From Erysipelotrichaceae bacterium (GTDB lineage: Bacteria; Bacillota_I; Bacilli_A; Erysipelotrichales; Erysipelotrichaceae): a stretch of 64,000 nt of DNA. The stretch's first letter is position 1; every line of letters starts with the position of its first letter. This document shows positions 44,393 through 53,087 of the stretch, piece by piece. Where the stretch lies: positions 55,840-119,839 of the forward strand of contig JAFRQF010000018.1 in NCBI GenBank assembly GCA_017428765.1, read 5' to 3'. Below the pieces are notes generated by a model that was given only the letters and a program-made list of their open reading frames with translations, did no database searches and was not told the origin of the DNA. Made by a program: the position numbers and the translations under genes.

Positions 44393-46186
44393 ATGTATGA
44401 TCAGCTGAGTTTATACCCTACAACAAATTCCAAGAGATTATCTCTCAGTCTTGACGGCATGTGGAACTTCTGTTTTGATCCTGCTTCCATCGGAGAAAAA
44501 GAAAACTGGATGAGCGGTTTACGCTCATCCATTTCCCTGCCTGTTCCATCCAGTTTCCAGGATCTGTTCACCGATCAGTATTCCAAGAATTACTGCGGTG
44601 ACTTCTGGTATGAAAGAGACTTCTTCGTACCGGAACATAATGGAAACATACAGCTGCGTTTCGGCAGCATCACCCATCGCGGCGTCGTCTATGTCAACGG
44701 CGAAAAGGTCACAGAACACGAGGGCGGCTTCTTACCTGTCTTATGCGATATCACAGACTATGTAAGAAAAGGGGAAGTCAATCACCTGAGTGTCAAAGCC
44801 AACAACGAGCTAAGTGAAGCAAGCCTGCCGTGCGGTGCCGTAAAGACACTGAAAAACGGCACGCGCATCGCTGCTCCGTACTTCGATTTCTTCAATTACG
44901 CCGGACTCAACCGTTCGGTATATCTGGTCCTTCTTCCTGAAGAGCGCATCCAGGACTACAGCGTAAAGTACACGCTGGATAAGCAGGATGCCCTGGTGGA
45001 CTATGAAGTCTCTACCAACGGATCAAGCAATGTAAAGGTTTCTTTATTCGATAAGGAAGGAAACTGCGTCGCTCAAAGCGAAGGCAGAAAGGGACAGCTG
45101 AAGGTCGAAAAGGCACATCTGTGGAAAGTCCGCAATGCCTATCTGTATACGCTGAAGATCGCGATCGAAAACGACGGAAAGCTGGTCGATGAATATGAAG
45201 ACAAGATCGGTATCCGTACGGTAAAGGTCGAAGGAAAACGCATCCTGATCAATGGCGAAGAAGTCTATCTGAAGGGCTTTGGCAAACACGAAGACTTCGA
45301 CATCATCGGCAGGGGCTTCAATCTGCCTTTACTGAAGCGCGATTATGAATGCATGAAGTGGATGAATGCCAACTGCTTCCGCACATCGCATTATCCATAC
45401 GCGGAAGAATGGTACCGCTTTGCCGATGAGGAAGGTTTCCTGATCATCGATGAAGTGGCAGCCGTCGGCATGATGCGCTCCACGCACAACTTCGTTGACG
45501 CCGGTATGGGCAAGTACACGAGCTTCTTTGAAACACCGACCGTCCCTGAGTTACTGAGCAACCATCTGCTGCAGGTCGAAGAGATGATCGAACGTGACAA
45601 GAACCGTCCGTCCGTCTTTGCCTTCTCACTGTTCAACGAACCGGAGACGACAAGCACCTTCGCCCATGACTACTTCGCAAAAGTATTCGACAGGGCAAGG
45701 GAACTTGATCCGCAGGGCCGTCCGATGACCGGTGCCTTTGAAAAGAACTCCGCTCCGGAGAAATGCCAGTGCTACATGCTGGTGGACTTCATGTGCCTCA
45801 ACCGCTACTACGGCTGGTACATTTCCGGCGGTCCGGATATTTCCGATGCCGTCGAGAAGTTCCACGATGAGATGCAGCGCTGGGAAGCGAAAGGCTTCAA
45901 CGGACCGATCGTATTCACGGAATTCGGTACGGATACACTTTCTACGGAACATAAGCTGCCAAGCGTCATGTGGGCGCAGGAATACCAGTGCGAATACCTG
46001 GAGGAAAACTTCAAGGTCTTCGATACTTATGATTTCATTCAGGGTGAACTGGTGTGGAACTTCGCAGATTTCCAGACGACGGAAGGCATCTTCCGTGTCA
46101 ACGGAAACAAGAAGGGCGTCTTCACAAGAGAAAGACAGCCGAAAGATGCGGCCTTCGTATTGAAGAGACGCTGGGAAAACAAATAG
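44393..46186 (+). CDS. uidA: Beta-glucuronidase (GH2)
   Basis: 597 aa. N-terminal sugar-binding domain, NEP acid/base region (SLFNEPE) and TEFG nucleophile region, laid out as in GUS/UidA enzymes. Followed by uxuA. Confidence 0.85.
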   Translation: MYDQLSLYPTTNSKRLSLSLDGMWNFCFDPASIGEKENWMSGLRSSISLPVPSSFQDLFTDQYSKNYCGDFWYERDFFVPEHNGNIQLRFGSITHRGVVYVNGEKVTEHEGGFLPVLCDITDYVRKGEVNHLSVKANNELSEASLPCGAVKTLKNGTRIAAPYFDFFNYAGLNRSVYLVLLPEERIQDYSVKYTLDKQDALVDYEVSTNGSSNVKVSLFDKEGNCVAQSEGRKGQLKVEKAHLWKVRNAYLYTLKIAIENDGKLVDEYEDKIGIRTVKVEGKRILINGEEVYLKGFGKHEDFDIIGRGFNLPLLKRDYECMKWMNANCFRTSHYPYAEEWYRFADEEGFLIIDEVAAVGMMRSTHNFVDAGMGKYTSFFETPTVPELLSNHLLQVEEMIERDKNRPSVFAFSLFNEPETTSTFAHDYFAKVFDRARELDPQGRPMTGAFEKNSAPEKCQCYMLVDFMCLNRYYGWYISGGPDISDAVEKFHDEMQRWEAKGFNGPIVFTEFGTDTLSTEHKLPSVMWAQEYQCEYLEENFKVFDTYDFIQGELVWNFADFQTTEGIFRVNGNKKGVFTRERQPKDAAFVLKRRWENK

Positions 46187-46194
46187 GATAAGAA

Positions 46195-46254
46195 AAACAT
46201 CAGGAGCACATCGTGGGAAGAAAACAGTGACACGGTTTCATCCTGATGTTTTTT
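46195..46254 (+). terminator. Long hairpin/terminator candidate between gus and uxuA
   Basis: AAACATCAGGA ... TCCTGATGTTT 11-bp stem enclosing a 35-nt structured loop, followed by TTT. Confidence 0.45.
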
Positions 46255-46300
46255 CCGAAATGATATGATAAATCTGTAATACGTTAAGGAGATACAAATC

Positions 46301-47368
46301 ATGGAAATGACATTCCGCTGGTATGGTACGGGACACGATACCATCACTTTGAAACAGATCCGACAGATCCGCTATGTCACAGGCATCATCACTACCTTAT
46401 ATGACAAGCAGCCCGGTGACTTATGGACAAGAGATGAGATCCATGCCTTAAAGAAAGAAGTCGAGGATGCAGGACTTCATATCGCTGGTATTGAATCGGT
46501 CAACGTATCCGATGCCATCAAGACAGGATCCAAGGACAGAGATAAGGATATCGATACCTATATCGAATGTTTAAGGAATTTAGGTGAAGAAGGCATACAT
46601 CTTGTCTGCTACAACTTCATGCCGGTCTTTGACTGGACAAGAACGGAACTCGCCAGGATGAGAGAAGACGGCTCCACTGTCTTAGCTTATACGCAGGAAG
46701 CCGTAGACAATCTTGTCCCTGAAAAGATGTTTGAATCGATCGCTTCCGATATGAACGGCACGATCATGCCCGGCTGGGAACCTGAAAGAATGGCCAAGGT
46801 CAAAGAGTTATTCGAATTATACAAAGACATCGACAATGAAAAGCTCTTTGAAAACCTGGTCTACTTCTTAAAGAGGATCATGCCTGTATGCAACGAATAC
46901 GACATAAAGATGGCCATCCATCCGGATGATCCTGCCTGGTCGGTATTCGGCTTGCCTCGCATCATCATCAATAAGGAAAACATCAACCGGCTCATGAAAG
47001 CTGTCGATGATGTCCATAACGGTGTCACCTTCTGTTCGGGATCCTATGGAACCAATTTAAATAATGACTTACCGGACATGATCCGCTCCTTAAAGGGAAG
47101 GATCCATTTCGCGCATGTAAGAAATCTTAAGTTCCACTCTCCTGATAACTTTGAAGAAGCAGCACATTTATCCGCTGACGGCAACTTCGACATGTATGAG
47201 ATCGTCAAGGCCTTATATGACATCGGCTTCAAGGGACCGATCAGACCTGACCACGGTCGTATGATCTGGGATGAAGTGGCAATGCCGGGCTATGGCTTAT
47301 ATGACAGAGCCTTGGGTGCAGCCTACATCTGCGGCTTATGGGAAGCGATAGAAAAGAGTAATAAGTAA
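46301..47368 (+). CDS. uxuA: Mannonate dehydratase
   Basis: MEMTFRWYG N-terminus and overall UxuA pattern. Length about 355 aa. Confidence 0.9.
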   Translation: MEMTFRWYGTGHDTITLKQIRQIRYVTGIITTLYDKQPGDLWTRDEIHALKKEVEDAGLHIAGIESVNVSDAIKTGSKDRDKDIDTYIECLRNLGEEGIHLVCYNFMPVFDWTRTELARMREDGSTVLAYTQEAVDNLVPEKMFESIASDMNGTIMPGWEPERMAKVKELFELYKDIDNEKLFENLVYFLKRIMPVCNEYDIKMAIHPDDPAWSVFGLPRIIINKENINRLMKAVDDVHNGVTFCSGSYGTNLNNDLPDMIRSLKGRIHFAHVRNLKFHSPDNFEEAAHLSADGNFDMYEIVKALYDIGFKGPIRPDHGRMIWDEVAMPGYGLYDRALGAAYICGLWEAIEKSNK

Positions 47369-47370
47369 AT

Positions 47371-48882
47371 ATGAAACTCACGAATGTCGTAAATGAAAAA
47401 CAGGAATGGTTAGACAAAGGCTATGAAGTCTTCTCCTATGACAGGGAAAAGATGATAAAAAAGACAAGGAAAGATCCCGAATGGGTCCACTTCGGTGCAG
47501 GCAATCTCTTCCGTGCCTTTCAGGCCGTATTCTGCGATAAGTTATTGGATGAAGGAATACTTGATAAAGGCATCATCGCGGTAGGAGGAAGAGACTCTCA
47601 AGCCATCGATGACTACTTCAGAAGATTCGATGACTTACATATCGCCGTCACACTCAAAGGAAACGGCGATGTCACAAAAAGAGTCGTAGGAAGTATCGCC
47701 GAATCCTTAAAGATCGAAGACAAAGAAAGACTTCAAGAGATCTTTGAAAAGGAATCTTTAAAGGTGTGTTCCTTTACCGTAACGGAGAAAGGCTATGTGG
47801 TATCGGATTCCGATACATCAGAAGCCTTCATGGCCAGGGTCACAGACTTGTTACATCACAGATACTTACATGGCGCTTATCCTTTGACATTATCAAGCCA
47901 TGACAACTGTTCCCACAATGGCGATGTCTTAAGAAAGGCGATCTATTTCTTCGCAGGAAGATATGAGGATGAAGGCTTCCTTAACTACCTTGAAGAAAAG
48001 GTATCCTTCCCGATCGCCATGATCGACAAGATCACCCCAAGACCTAACAGTAAGATCGCACAGATATTGGAAAACGACGGTGTACAGGATCTCAAGGACT
48101 TAGACCCGAATCACTACATGTCTTTATTCGTCAATGCGGAGGAGGCACAGTACTTAGTCATAGAGGATAAGTTCTCTAATGGCAGACCCTTATGGGAAAA
48201 AGGCGGCATCATCTTTACCGACAGAGAAACAGTCGATAAGGTGGAAAAGATGAAGGTAGGGACCTGCCTCAATCCTGTCCATACCGCACTGGCCGTTTAT
48301 GGCTGCTTACTGGATCACAAGCTCATCTGCGATGAGATGAAGGATGAAGTGCTCAATAAGCTTGCCAGACATGTCGGCTATGATGAAGGACTTCCTGTAG
48401 TCGTCGACCCTGAGATCTTGGATCCTAAGGCATTCATCGATACCGTCATCAATGACAGACTTCCTAACCCGTATATGCCGGACTCCCCGTTTCGTATCGC
48501 GATGGATACTTCCCAAAAGCTTCCTGTAAGATTCGGTGAAACATTAAAGGCCTATATCGCAAGAAAGGAAGATATCTCAAAACTCACCTATATCCCGCTT
48601 GTCTTTGCCGGATGGTTAAGATATCTTACAGGCATCAATGATAAGGGTGAAATATTTGAAATACCATCCGATCCAAGACTTGAAGAGATGAGAAATATCT
48701 TAGGTGATATCAGACTTGGCGATCACATCGATAAGGAAAGGATCTTACCGATATTAAAAGATGAATCGATATTCGGAGTCGACCTGGAAGAATACAATCT
48801 CTCTGATAAAGTAACTGCATACCTCAATGAAGAATTACAAGGTATCGGTGCGGTAAGAAAGACGTTAGAGAAGTATATGTAA
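47371..48882 (+). CDS. Mannitol dehydrogenase family hexuronate reductase (fructuronate or tagaturonate reductase)
   Basis: HFGAGNLFRAF dinucleotide motif of the long-chain mannitol dehydrogenase family. Context next to uxuA. Confidence 0.75.
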   Translation: MKLTNVVNEKQEWLDKGYEVFSYDREKMIKKTRKDPEWVHFGAGNLFRAFQAVFCDKLLDEGILDKGIIAVGGRDSQAIDDYFRRFDDLHIAVTLKGNGDVTKRVVGSIAESLKIEDKERLQEIFEKESLKVCSFTVTEKGYVVSDSDTSEAFMARVTDLLHHRYLHGAYPLTLSSHDNCSHNGDVLRKAIYFFAGRYEDEGFLNYLEEKVSFPIAMIDKITPRPNSKIAQILENDGVQDLKDLDPNHYMSLFVNAEEAQYLVIEDKFSNGRPLWEKGGIIFTDRETVDKVEKMKVGTCLNPVHTALAVYGCLLDHKLICDEMKDEVLNKLARHVGYDEGLPVVVDPEILDPKAFIDTVINDRLPNPYMPDSPFRIAMDTSQKLPVRFGETLKAYIARKEDISKLTYIPLVFAGWLRYLTGINDKGEIFEIPSDPRLEEMRNILGDIRLGDHIDKERILPILKDESIFGVDLEEYNLSDKVTAYLNEELQGIGAVRKTLEKYM

Positions 48883-48885
48883 GAC

Positions 48886-48912
48886 AAAACGGACAGCAAT
48901 GTCCGTTTTCGT
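48886..48912. terminator. Bidirectional terminator between convergent genes
   Basis: AAAACGGAC / GTCCGTTTT stem with a 6-nt loop. U-runs on both strands. Confidence 0.75.
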
Positions 48913-48923
48913 ATGTTTTGGTC

Positions 48924-49652
48924 TTATTTGTTTCGAATGGCTGTCTGGATGAAACAGATCTTCTCCGGATGGTGGCGGGATTCGGTGTATTCGAACATGA
49001 TGCCCTTGGAGTCGAAGACCTGTCCTTTGACGGTCAGTACGAAATCACAGTTTTTGGAAAGTCTGAGGTTTTTCTTATCCTCTTCGCGGGCGTGTTCTGC
49101 CATGACTCTTCGACGGCTGGTCGTGATGACCATGCCAAGCTCATTTTCCAGATAGTCATAGACGGAAGAAGCGGCGATCTGTTTGGTGATCTCACCGACT
49201 TCCGATTTCAAGAAGAGGTTGTAGTCATTGATCAGCGGTTCGTTGTTGATATAGCGGAGACGCTTGATGCAGATGAGCTTTTCGCCGACGTTGAAGCCCG
49301 ACATCATCGAGATCTCATCATCGGCCGTGATCTCTTCGATGGATAATACTTTCGTCTTCAGTTTTTTGTTGTTTCTGACGGTCGCTTCGGAAAGCGATTC
49401 GATGCCGCCTACAGAGAATAAGCTCTGTGTCTCATGAGGTTCATAGATGACCTGCGCTCCCTTGCCGTGCTGGGAAAGCAGATAGCCGTCAGAGTTCAGC
49501 ATGGCGATCGCTCTTCTTACGGTGTTCCTGGCGCAGTCATAGGAAACGATCAGCTGATTTTCGCTTGGCAGAAAAGATCCCTTGGGATATTTCCCGTTTT
49601 CGATCTGCGCTTTCAGGTTTTTATAGATCTTTTCATATTTGGAGTCAGTCAT
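48924..49652 (-). CDS. treR: GntR/HutC family repressor with a UTRA domain, probable trehalose operon repressor
   Basis: N-terminal GntR wHTH (LPSENQLIVSYDCARNTVRRAIAMLNSDGYLLSQHGKGAQV). Divergent from treP. The start is taken at the Met at 49652. Confidence 0.8.
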   Translation of the reverse strand: MTDSKYEKIYKNLKAQIENGKYPKGSFLPSENQLIVSYDCARNTVRRAIAMLNSDGYLLSQHGKGAQVIYEPHETQSLFSVGGIESLSEATVRNNKKLKTKVLSIEEITADDEISMMSGFNVGEKLICIKRLRYINNEPLINDYNLFLKSEVGEITKQIAASSVYDYLENELGMVITTSRRRVMAEHAREEDKKNLRLSKNCDFVLTVKGQVFDSKGIMFEYTESRHHPEKICFIQTAIRNK

Positions 49653-49714
49653 ACTATTTAAGAATATTATAGTACTGATTCTTTTTCGGGCGAAAAAAAT
49701 TTTATAAAAAACGC

Positions 49715-49766
49715 TTGACATGTTTAAACAAGTTGATTATAGTGATATTACAAGTTGTTTAAACAA
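49715..49766 (+). promoter_or_regulatory. Sigma-A promoter of the trehalose operon with two palindromic operators
   Basis: TTGACA (49715-20), 17-nt spacer, TATAGT (49738-43). Palindrome TGTTTAAACA lies at 49721-30, inside the spacer. Palindrome TTGTTTAAACAA lies at 49755-66, downstream of the -10. Confidence 0.7.
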
Positions 49767-49784
49767 GTAGGGGGTAAAACAATC

Positions 49785-51173
49785 ATGAGCAAATTTACAG
49801 CAGATGCAACGAATCTTCTGGAATATGTCGGCGGCAAAAGCAATATCAATGCCGTTTCCCATTGTGTGACCAGGATGCGTTTCGTCCTGGCAGATCCTTC
49901 CAAGGCCGATATCAAGAAGATCGAGGAACTTCCAAGCGTAAAGGGTACCTTCACGCAGGCAGGTCAGTTCCAGGTCATCATCGGCAACGAAGTATCGGAA
50001 TTCTATAAGGACTTCGTTGAAGTTTCCGGTATCGAAGGCGTTTCCAAAGAAGCAGCAAAACAGGCAGCCAAGTCCAATCAGACACCGCTTCAGAAAGCGA
50101 TGTCCAATATCGCTGAGATCTTCGCACCGCTCATTCCGGCGATCATCGTCGGCGGTCTGATCTTAGGTTTCCGCAACATCCTCGAAGCCACTCCGGCCAT
50201 CAACAATCCGTTCATGGCAGGTCTTGACCACTTTTTATGGATCATCGGCGAAGCCGTCTTCCATACAGGTATCCCGGTAGGTATCTGCTGGTCCATCCAG
50301 AGAAAGATGGGCGGCACACCGATGCTTGGTATCGTGTTAGGTCTTACACTGATCTCCGGTCAGCTGGTCAATGCGTATGGCGTTGCCGGTGTTGAAGACT
50401 GGGCAGCACATTCCTGGAACTTCGGTTTCGTTTCCTTCCGTATGATCGGTTACCAGGCACAGGTCATTCCGGCCATCTTAGCCGGTTTCACGCTTGCCTA
50501 TCTGGAAAGATTCTTCAAGAAGGTCGTTCCGCAGGTCGTTTCGATGATCCTCGTACCGTTCCTCTCGATCTTACTGTCTGTCATGGCAGCACACTTCGTC
50601 TTAGGTCCGATCGGCTGGAAGATCGGTGAGTATATCTCCGCTTTCGTCATGGCCGGTATCAGCGGCAATATGCGTTTCTTATTTGCAGCGCTGTTTGGTT
50701 TCTTGTATGCACCGTTAGTCATCACGGGTCTTCACCACATGTCCAATGCGATCGACTCTCAGCTCATAGCTACGACAGGCGGCACGATGTTATGGCCGAT
50801 GATCGCTCTGTCCAATATCGCACAGGGTTCGGCAGTTGCGGGTATGGCATACTTACAGAAGAAGAATGCCAAAGCACAGGAAGTCAACATTCCTTCAATG
50901 ATCTCCTGCTGGCTGGGCGTCACGGAACCGGCGATGTTCGGTGTCAACCTGAAATACCAGTTCCCGTTCTATTGTGCAATGGTCGGTTCGTGCTTAGCTT
51001 CCGTCGTATCTGTCGGATCCGGCGTCACAGCGGCAGCGATCGGTGTCGGCGGTCTGCCTGGTATCATCTCGATCTTCCCGCAGTACATGCTGATGTTTGC
51101 GATCGCCATGCTGATCGCACTGGTCGTACCGTTCGTTCTGACGGTCTTCATCGGCAAGAAGAGAGATATTTAA
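49785..51173 (+). CDS. treP: PTS trehalose-specific EIIBC component
   Basis: AGGGGG RBS. EIIB motif VSHCVTRMRF plus a polytopic EIIC. Context with phosphotrehalase and treR. Confidence 0.8.
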   Translation: MSKFTADATNLLEYVGGKSNINAVSHCVTRMRFVLADPSKADIKKIEELPSVKGTFTQAGQFQVIIGNEVSEFYKDFVEVSGIEGVSKEAAKQAAKSNQTPLQKAMSNIAEIFAPLIPAIIVGGLILGFRNILEATPAINNPFMAGLDHFLWIIGEAVFHTGIPVGICWSIQRKMGGTPMLGIVLGLTLISGQLVNAYGVAGVEDWAAHSWNFGFVSFRMIGYQAQVIPAILAGFTLAYLERFFKKVVPQVVSMILVPFLSILLSVMAAHFVLGPIGWKIGEYISAFVMAGISGNMRFLFAALFGFLYAPLVITGLHHMSNAIDSQLIATTGGTMLWPMIALSNIAQGSAVAGMAYLQKKNAKAQEVNIPSMISCWLGVTEPAMFGVNLKYQFPFYCAMVGSCLASVVSVGSGVTAAAIGVGGLPGIISIFPQYMLMFAIAMLIALVVPFVLTVFIGKKRDI

Positions 51174-51199
51174 CAGGATCGGTAAGATTCCCTTCCGGA

Positions 51200-51222
51200 A
51201 AAGGGCCTAGTGCCCTTTTTCC
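51200..51222 (+). terminator. Intra-operon hairpin/terminator between treP and treC
   Basis: AAGGGC / GCCCTT stem followed by TTT. Confidence 0.5.
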
Positions 51223-51298
51223 AAATGCGGGAGAAAAGCTATAATGAAAAAAACTGCGCATGTATCAACGAGTGCCTGCCGGCTAGAAAGAGGAAGAG

Positions 51299-52930
51299 AT
51301 GAATTTTAAAGATAAGGTCGTTTATCAGGTCTATCCCAAGTCCTTTCAGGATTCCAATGGCGATGGCTGGGGCGATATCAAAGGCATCATTTCAAGATTA
51401 GACTATCTCAAGGATCTCGGGATCGACGTCATCTGGTTCAACCCGATGTGCATCTCCCCGCAAAGAGACAATGGCTACGATGTTGCCGATTACCGGCAGA
51501 TCGACCCACGTTACGGTACCAATGAGGATTTCCTTGAATTAAGCAAAGCGTGCAAGGAAAGAAACATCCTGATCATGTTCGACATGGTCTTCAATCATAC
51601 GTCTACGGAACACGAGTGGTTTAAAAAGGCGCTTGCCGGAGATAAGAAATATAAGGATTACTACATCTGGCGCAAAGGAAAGAACGGATCCTATCCCACC
51701 AACTGGCAGTCGAAATTCGGCGGACCGGCCTGGGAGTATGTGCCGGAACTTGATGAATACTATCTGCATCTGTTCGATAAGACGCAGGCCGACCTCAACT
51801 GGGACAATCCGGAAGTCCGCAAGGAATGTGCAGATATCGTCAATTACTGGATCTCAAAAGGTGTGTACTGTTTCCGTTTCGATGTCGTCAATCTGATCTC
51901 CAAATACACTGTCGATGAAGACGATCCGAACAACTTCGACGGCAGACAGTTCTATACCGACGGACCAAGAGTCCACGAATACCTCAAGGAACTCAATGCG
52001 GACAGTTTCGGAAACGTCGAATCGATCACGGTCGGTGAGATGAGCTCAACGACTTTGGAGAACTGCGCAAAGTATGCCAATGAAGACGGCAAAGAGCTGT
52101 CCATGGTCTTCACCTTCCACCATCTCAAGGTCGACTATAAGAACATGAAGAAGTGGGAGCTGCAGCCGGTGGATTTCATGCAGTTCAAAAAGCTGATGAA
52201 CACCTGGCAGACCGGCATGGAAGAAAAGGGCGCCTGGCCATCGCTTTTCTTAAACAATCACGACCAGCCAAGAGCCTTATCGCGTTTTGGCGATGATAAG
52301 AACTATCCGAAGGAAAGTGCCAAGATGTTAGCGGCATTCACGCATCTGATGCGCGGTACGCCATACATCTACCAGGGCGAAGAGATCGGCATGACCAACG
52401 CCTACTTCACGAATATCAGTCAGTATAAGGATGTCGAAAGCACGAACATCTTCAAACTGCTGAAAGAAGAAGGAAAGAGCGAAGAAGAGATCTATCATAT
52501 CCTGCAGGAAAGAAGCAGAGACAACTCCCGCACGCCGATGCAATGGGATGACAGTGCAAATGCAGGATTCACTGACGGCGAACCGTGGCTGCAGGTTCAG
52601 GAAAACTACAGAAACGTCAATGCCGCAAATGCATTGAAAGATGAGGATTCGATCTATTACTGGTATAAGAAGCTGATCGGGCTCAGAAAAGGATATAAAG
52701 TCGTTCAGGAAGGAAAATATGTTCCTCTGTTTGAAGAAGATGATCAGGTCCTGGCTTTTGAAAGAAAACTGGATAAGGAATCACTTGTCGTCATCTGCAA
52801 CTTCTATGGCAAGGAAAAGAAGATCGTCTTCAACGCGAAAGGCTACGAGATCCTTCTGTCAAACTACAAAGACAGCAATATCGTCGATCTTCGTCCGTAC
52901 GAGACGATCATCCTCTATAAAAAAGATTAA
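51299..52930 (+). CDS. treC: Alpha,alpha-phosphotrehalase (GH13 oligo-1,6-glucosidase subfamily)
   Basis: VVYQVYPKSFQDSNGDGWGD, FDMVFNHTS, GFRFDVV, GEM and NHDQPR GH13 regions. Context with treP/treR. Confidence 0.85.
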   Translation: MNFKDKVVYQVYPKSFQDSNGDGWGDIKGIISRLDYLKDLGIDVIWFNPMCISPQRDNGYDVADYRQIDPRYGTNEDFLELSKACKERNILIMFDMVFNHTSTEHEWFKKALAGDKKYKDYYIWRKGKNGSYPTNWQSKFGGPAWEYVPELDEYYLHLFDKTQADLNWDNPEVRKECADIVNYWISKGVYCFRFDVVNLISKYTVDEDDPNNFDGRQFYTDGPRVHEYLKELNADSFGNVESITVGEMSSTTLENCAKYANEDGKELSMVFTFHHLKVDYKNMKKWELQPVDFMQFKKLMNTWQTGMEEKGAWPSLFLNNHDQPRALSRFGDDKNYPKESAKMLAAFTHLMRGTPYIYQGEEIGMTNAYFTNISQYKDVESTNIFKLLKEEGKSEEEIYHILQERSRDNSRTPMQWDDSANAGFTDGEPWLQVQENYRNVNAANALKDEDSIYYWYKKLIGLRKGYKVVQEGKYVPLFEEDDQVLAFERKLDKESLVVICNFYGKEKKIVFNAKGYEILLSNYKDSNIVDLRPYETIILYKKD

Positions 52931-52952
52931 GGTGTCGAAAGATACCTTTTTA
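52929..52952 (+). terminator. Rho-independent terminator after treC
   Basis: AAGGTGTC / GATACCTT stem, GAAA loop, followed by TTT. Confidence 0.75.
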
Positions 52953-53087
52953 TGTGTCTGATGCTTCCCCTATAATGAAGGTGACGGGAAGTTACACCAC
53001 ACATCATATAGATCAGATACGGATTGCCTAAACGGGGGTGATGCATTATGATAGATAACACGAATGTTGCAAGGGAGGTATTTGCGC

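Noticed and set aside
46039-46347. A 102-aa minus-strand ORF spanning the gus-uxuA intergenic region.
   Set aside because: It overlaps the ends of two well-supported plus-strand genes and the hairpin at 46195-46254. It has no RBS or motif.
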